Below, in pieces: positions 26,901 through 30,118 of a stretch of 30,118 nucleotides of DNA. The position numbers were made by a program, and so were the translations under genes. Within the stretch, counting starts at the first letter, position 1; every line of letters begins with the position of its first letter. The DNA is from Anaerolineae bacterium (GTDB taxonomy: Bacteria; Chloroflexota; Anaerolineae; Epilineales; Epilineaceae). The notes under the pieces are model-generated. The model saw only the letters and a program-made list of their open reading frames with translations, was not told where the DNA came from and searched no databases. Location of the stretch: NCBI GenBank assembly GCA_029262755.1, contig JAJCYU010000424.1:1-30118 (forward strand). Direction: 5' to 3'.

Positions 26901-27525
26901 CGCGCGCTCGATCGCCGCCGGCGCGGATGGCCGCGTCTGGGTGGGGTCGCGCGGCGCCGGCTGCGTCGAGGCTTACGATCCGCCCGCGACGTGGCCGGCG
27001 GGTTGGCACATGGAAGTCTTCGGCAACCGCTACTTGGCGGAGCTGCCCCTTGCCGTGGCGCGGCTGGACACGGTCGACCTCGATGGCCCCTTGATCGCGG
27101 GACCGCCCACGCATGAACCCCTCGACCGGGCGGCCCGCCTCACGCGTCACATGGCGCTGGAGGAAGCGCGCACGTTGGAGCTGGAGGTCGTCGCCGCGGG
27201 CGGCCTACGTCTGTGGGTCGACGACGTCCTAGTGGTCGACGAACGGATCGGACGCGGCGTCGACGAGATCGTGCGCGTGGATCTGGACGCAGGCCCGCAC
27301 GTGGTCACGGCCGAGTACGTGACCCTCGGCCGCCGCCCGCGCCTGCGGATCATCGACCGCGCGCCGGGCGCGCCCACGCGGACGCCGCGCGTCCCGACGC
27401 CCACGGTGGTCCCGTCGTCGACGCCGACGAGCGATGCGACGGTAACGGCGACGGCGACGGCGATTGTGGTGCCGCCGGGCGTGGAGCGGGTCGTCTATCT
27501 GCCCTTGGCGGACAGTGGGCCCTAA
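23962..27525 (+). CDS. Large secreted NHL-repeat multi-propeller protein with PA14-like domain, Pro/Thr linker and VYLPLADSGP tail
   Basis: Arg-rich n-region plus hydrophobic h-region ending AHA. Many NHL repeats (PRGMAAAPDGSVYVVDQANHRV, PTGIDVGRDGTVYVADTGNHRIQRF). PA14-like WHMEVFGNRYL...GGLRLWVDDVLVVD...LDAGPHVVTAEY. Confidence 0.88.
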   Translation: MTSLQPRIDDARPLHRPLVTVSATATATATVAGPSRPRRPRRARPTLVAIVIAGAVVAALVATLAHALGPMAGRAAELTAEADGRADPPLLTLGATDPVDTFRVPRGMAAAPDGSVYVVDQANHRVVRISSRGAVLDAWGGRGAAPGRFAEPTGIDVGRDGTVYVADTGNHRIQRFDGGGTLLAVIDVPNEAPDRSGLGPTDVAVGLGGSFYVADSGDYLVRQYDAEGQPIRSWSAYSEERDADAAAAARTGGGSRGSGDNGWTGPTGLGGSSGPGGGSRDSGLDRWGGQSQWGDRSRQDPRRDAGPFGTLAGPHTLTAAAPLTSWVGIGFFLATAPDGDVFVSGSTVRRYTADGRFVLRWGGSGTRPGFFRGPGPSGIAVGPDGTVHVAGGYGGSLQAFAPDGTLRGYQVLNAGTPWGIAAAPDGDLYAALHHGSRGSVLRLSSDGHPLERYGHGFPSIDGPGDPLPRRIALRSDHQLLVTDPQADRLLRYDTNGTFLGTWGGPGTGPGQLDGPTGLAVDSVDGVFVAEVENRRIQYVEPDGTQSLSFGSRPGDPGGMERPWDLAFLQTEWDRGKLAVPDRGRNDVLKYTRYGVPWGGIYGLRDLTLSGPSAVASDATSTWIADGGNGRLIEVRDLYLQRIVAAAEGEAPLFGAPEGLALSDGVLWIADAERGVVLRYDGPPRRLTSFDGDGLFVAPSGLSADPDGSLWIVDRGLPAVVHMATDGRVLDQWPLPEAGLGSIAHEGKPEIAVGADGTLVVLDRAKQAVLRFDADARPFDVLRDPAWGAGADIWAQHLAVGPDGSTYVAASTEEGPRISHFGPDGQLRAAWRTEPGDPDRSYITDMAAAPDGVFLLYSSSELRSRFVDWHLPDGALRRRFPAEDESGQYWQPGQIAAAPDGSVYVTERNSDKIVRYGPGGSRESARTVEGVDAIAVAPDGSLVAASPNSASLVRFRPDGVETRVRMDRACGIALESDYNVRARSIAAGADGRVWVGSRGAGCVEAYDPPATWPAGWHMEVFGNRYLAELPLAVARLDTVDLDGPLIAGPPTHEPLDRAARLTRHMALEEARTLELEVVAAGGLRLWVDDVLVVDERIGRGVDEIVRVDLDAGPHVVTAEYVTLGRRPRLRIIDRAPGAPTRTPRVPTPTVVPSSTPTSDATVTATATAIVVPPGVERVVYLPLADSGP

Positions 27526-27827
27526 GAAGAGTGCTCGCAGCTGTGCGTCAGCCGTGCGTCGCGGGTTGCTCGACAACGGCCGATCGCGCCAGAGTGACGG
27601 GATGGGCACGGGCTTTCGAGCGTGACGGGATTGACGCGGGCATCCGATCATCCGATCGCCACGGGTGACGCGACGAACGTGCCGCGCACGCCCCGCAACG
27701 ATCGTCGCTGGGCGCGCGCGTAGCGAAGTCCGGACGGACTGCGCTCGGGGGTCTTCGTCGAATCGAACGGTCGCATGGGGTGCAGCGATACGGGGTGCGA
27801 CGGTGCGATCACGTCGCGAACGACGCC

Positions 27828-27930
27828 GCACGGTCGTTGCGGTCACGCGGTCGTTGCCATCGCGCACTCGTTGCCGTCACGCTCAGTCGTTGCCGGCGCA
27901 CGGTCGTTGCCATCGCGCGGTCGGTGTCGC
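27828..27930. repeat. Degenerate ~17-bp tandem repeat with TCGTTGC core
   Basis: TCGTTGC starts at 27834, 27851, 27868, 27887 and 27904, with a variant TCGGTGT at 27921 (spacings 17, 17, 19, 17, 17). Confidence 0.75.
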
Positions 27931-27966
27931 GGCCGTAGAATGCGATGCGCCTGGAGGTGGCCCCCC

Positions 27967-30118
27967 GTGAACCTGCTTCGCGTTTCTCGCTCGACACGTC
28001 CGATCCCGCGCCTGGTCCCGCTCGTCGTCGTCGCCTTTCGCGTCGGCCTCGCCGTCGGGATGCTCTCCGTGCTCACCGCGTGCGCCGTTCGGCCGGCGAC
28101 GTCCGGTCCGGTCCGCGGGGCGGTCGCGCGATCGGTGGCTGCGCAGCCCGCGCTCGTCGTGCATCCGGAGCATCCGCGGCTGATCGTCGGCGGCTATCGG
28201 GGCGTGACGCGGGAGGCGCTGCGGGCGGCGTGTGCGTCGCCCGCCATGCAGGGGGAGTGCGCGCGCATCGGGGGCAGGCACATGCTCGACGATGCGATGG
28301 CATGGCTGCTCAACGAGGACGCGGTGGCGGCCGGGCGGGTGGCCGCGGCGCTGCGCGAGATACCCGGCTGCGGCGACGGCTACGAGCGCACGGCGATCGG
28401 CGGCTACGCGCTGGCCTTCGACTGGGTCCACGCAACGCTTTCCGAGGCTGAGCGGCGGCGGATCTCCGACGCGCTCGGCGCGTGCGGGCAACGCTTCGCG
28501 AGCGAGAACGGGTTGCGGGGCAACAGCCCGCATCTGTGGCACGGCTACACGAGCCAGGCGGCGGCGCTCGCGCTCGTTGCGCTGGCCGTGGACGACAGCT
28601 TCGCGGGTCGGGCGGCCTTGTTGGAGGATGCGCGTACGCTGTTTCGCGGCAACGCGCTCGAGGGATGGGCGCTGACCGGCGGCGCGTGGCCGGAGGGCTA
28701 TAGCTACGAGCGCAGTCACTTCTTCTCGGGCGATCCGCCCGCGCAGTACGTGCTGGACGCATTGCGGGCGTGGGACTCCGCCGTCGAGCGGGATCATCCT
28801 GCGCATGCGAGCCTGTTCGAGACGATCGCCGAAGAAGAGGGTGATTGGCTACGCGGCATCGGCTATCACGTGCTGTACGGCACGCTGGACGGCTACGGCG
28901 AGGTCAGCCAGCGCACCTTGATGCGGGGCGGCGATATGCCGACGGGGCAGGCGAACCCGCACAAGCAGTTCCGGCCTTGGGTGGATGCCATCGCGCGGAT
29001 CTACGCCGACCCCGCGCTGGCCGACTGGGGCGCATCGCTCGATCGCGATTGGTCCTTCGTGGGCGGCACGGGCACCTATCACTCGATCCACCGCTACGCG
29101 CTGCCGCTGAACCTACCGGTCGATGTCGTGGCCCAGGCGCCGGCGGAGCTAGGGCTGCCGACGGCGTGGATCTGGAGCCGTGACGATCTCGGCTACGTCT
29201 TGCTGCGCTCCGATTGGCAGCCGGGCGCGACCACCATCGGCTATCGGGCGGGGGCATGGCTGACCGGGCATCAGCACATGGACCAGGGGCACATCGACAT
29301 CTGGCGCAAGGGGCCGCTGGCGGTCGACGCCGGCGTCTACGCCAACTGGGGCACGGAGCACCGCGAGGCCTTCTACATTCGCAGCGTGGCGCACAACACG
29401 ATCCTGGTGCACCGCGACGGCGAGGACTTTGACGAGCATCCCGGCTTCGGCGAGGACGTAAACGACGACGGGCAACGGGTGCATACCTATACCTCTGCTG
29501 GATGCTCCCAGTGCATGCAATCCGTGGACGAGTGGCGCTCGCACGTCGGGGACGGGATGCACTTCGAGGGCGGCGCGATCGAAGCCTATGCGCACGACGG
29601 CACGCGGACTTGGATCGCAAGTGATCTCACCGGCGCGTACAACAGCACGCGCTTCCGCACGCCGGGCAACGTGGCCAAGGTAGAGTCCGTCCAGCGCGAC
29701 GTCGCCTATGTGCGGCCCCATTGGCTCGTGGTGATCGACCGTGTGCGCACGACGCCGGACAGCGGTCCGCCGCGCTTCACGCTCAACCTGCCGCAGCGCC
29801 CGAGCGTCGAGGGGCTGCGCGTGATCGAGGGCAGCGCGCAGGACGGCATCCTGCGCGGGGCCGCGGATCGGTTCCGGATCGACAACGATGGTGGTGGCCG
29901 GCTGATGGGTTGGACCATCACACCGGAGGATCCGACCGTGACGCTCACCGGCGGTCCGGGTCACCGCTACTGGGTGGACGGCGCGAACCGCGACGACGGC
30001 GCCGCCGCGCACGAGGGCCCGCCCGCCGAGCCCGGCGGTTGGCGGCTCGAGGTCGCGCCGACCTCCCCCGAGCGGGACACGCTCCTGGCCCACGCGCTGT
30101 TGATCGGCGATGCCGACG
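27967..30118 (+). CDS. Heparinase II/III-like polysaccharide lyase lipoprotein, 3'-truncated by window edge (absent from the ORF track)
   Basis: Hand-translated from GTG 27967 after GGAGGTGG. Lipobox LTA-C39, EHPRL, ALAFDWV, GGAWPEGYSY, LLRSDW, GHQHMDQGHIDIW, AVDAGVY, RSVAHNTILV, DLTGAY and GWRLEVAP; I found no stop in this frame before the window end. Confidence 0.88.
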   Translation, partial: MNLLRVSRSTRPIPRLVPLVVVAFRVGLAVGMLSVLTACAVRPATSGPVRGAVARSVAAQPALVVHPEHPRLIVGGYRGVTREALRAACASPAMQGECARIGGRHMLDDAMAWLLNEDAVAAGRVAAALREIPGCGDGYERTAIGGYALAFDWVHATLSEAERRRISDALGACGQRFASENGLRGNSPHLWHGYTSQAAALALVALAVDDSFAGRAALLEDARTLFRGNALEGWALTGGAWPEGYSYERSHFFSGDPPAQYVLDALRAWDSAVERDHPAHASLFETIAEEEGDWLRGIGYHVLYGTLDGYGEVSQRTLMRGGDMPTGQANPHKQFRPWVDAIARIYADPALADWGASLDRDWSFVGGTGTYHSIHRYALPLNLPVDVVAQAPAELGLPTAWIWSRDDLGYVLLRSDWQPGATTIGYRAGAWLTGHQHMDQGHIDIWRKGPLAVDAGVYANWGTEHREAFYIRSVAHNTILVHRDGEDFDEHPGFGEDVNDDGQRVHTYTSAGCSQCMQSVDEWRSHVGDGMHFEGGAIEAYAHDGTRTWIASDLTGAYNSTRFRTPGNVAKVESVQRDVAYVRPHWLVVIDRVRTTPDSGPPRFTLNLPQRPSVEGLRVIEGSAQDGILRGAADRFRIDNDGGGRLMGWTITPEDPTVTLTGGPGHRYWVDGANRDDGAAAHEGPPAEPGGWRLEVAPTSPERDTLLAHALLIGDAD

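Noticed and set aside
24589..27150. 853-aa minus-strand ORF
   Set aside because: Antisense shadow of the NHL-PA14 gene.
27883..30093. ORF-track calls in the last 2.2 kb
   Set aside because: All overlap the plus-strand heparinase-like frame, which carries the real motifs and was omitted from the track because it has no stop in the window.

Overview
High-GC bacterial chromosomal window with no rRNA, tRNA, CRISPR array, transposase or integrase that I can recognise. The gene content and protein C-termini suggest a Chloroflexota (Anaerolineae/Ardenticatenia-like) organism, which is an inference. From left to right it holds a partial SDR, a GT2 glycosyltransferase plus DegT-type aminotransferase pair, a LysE-exporter/glycoside-hydrolase-like fusion, a RIO1 kinase, DUF2277, YaiI/YqxD, a VOC protein and a hybrid histidine kinase. 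These are followed by a run of large secreted proteins (beta-helix, beta-propeller/Ig, NHL-VWA-VWA, NHL-PA14 and a partial heparinase II/III-like lipoprotein) interrupted by a MacAB/YknXYZ-type ABC exporter operon. Two signals stand out. (1) All five complete, mutually unrelated extracellular proteins share a short [IV]-[YAH]-L-P-x-hydrophobic motif, usually after a Pro/Thr-rich linker and with no following membrane helix, which makes it a candidate surface-sorting or docking tag. (2) The RIO1 kinase leader carries a 19-codon peptide with a perfect Shine-Dalgarno sequence, an intrinsic terminator and mutually exclusive antiterminator pairings, which makes it a candidate ribosome-sensing attenuator. 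All calls come from reading motifs by eye; no database searches were run.
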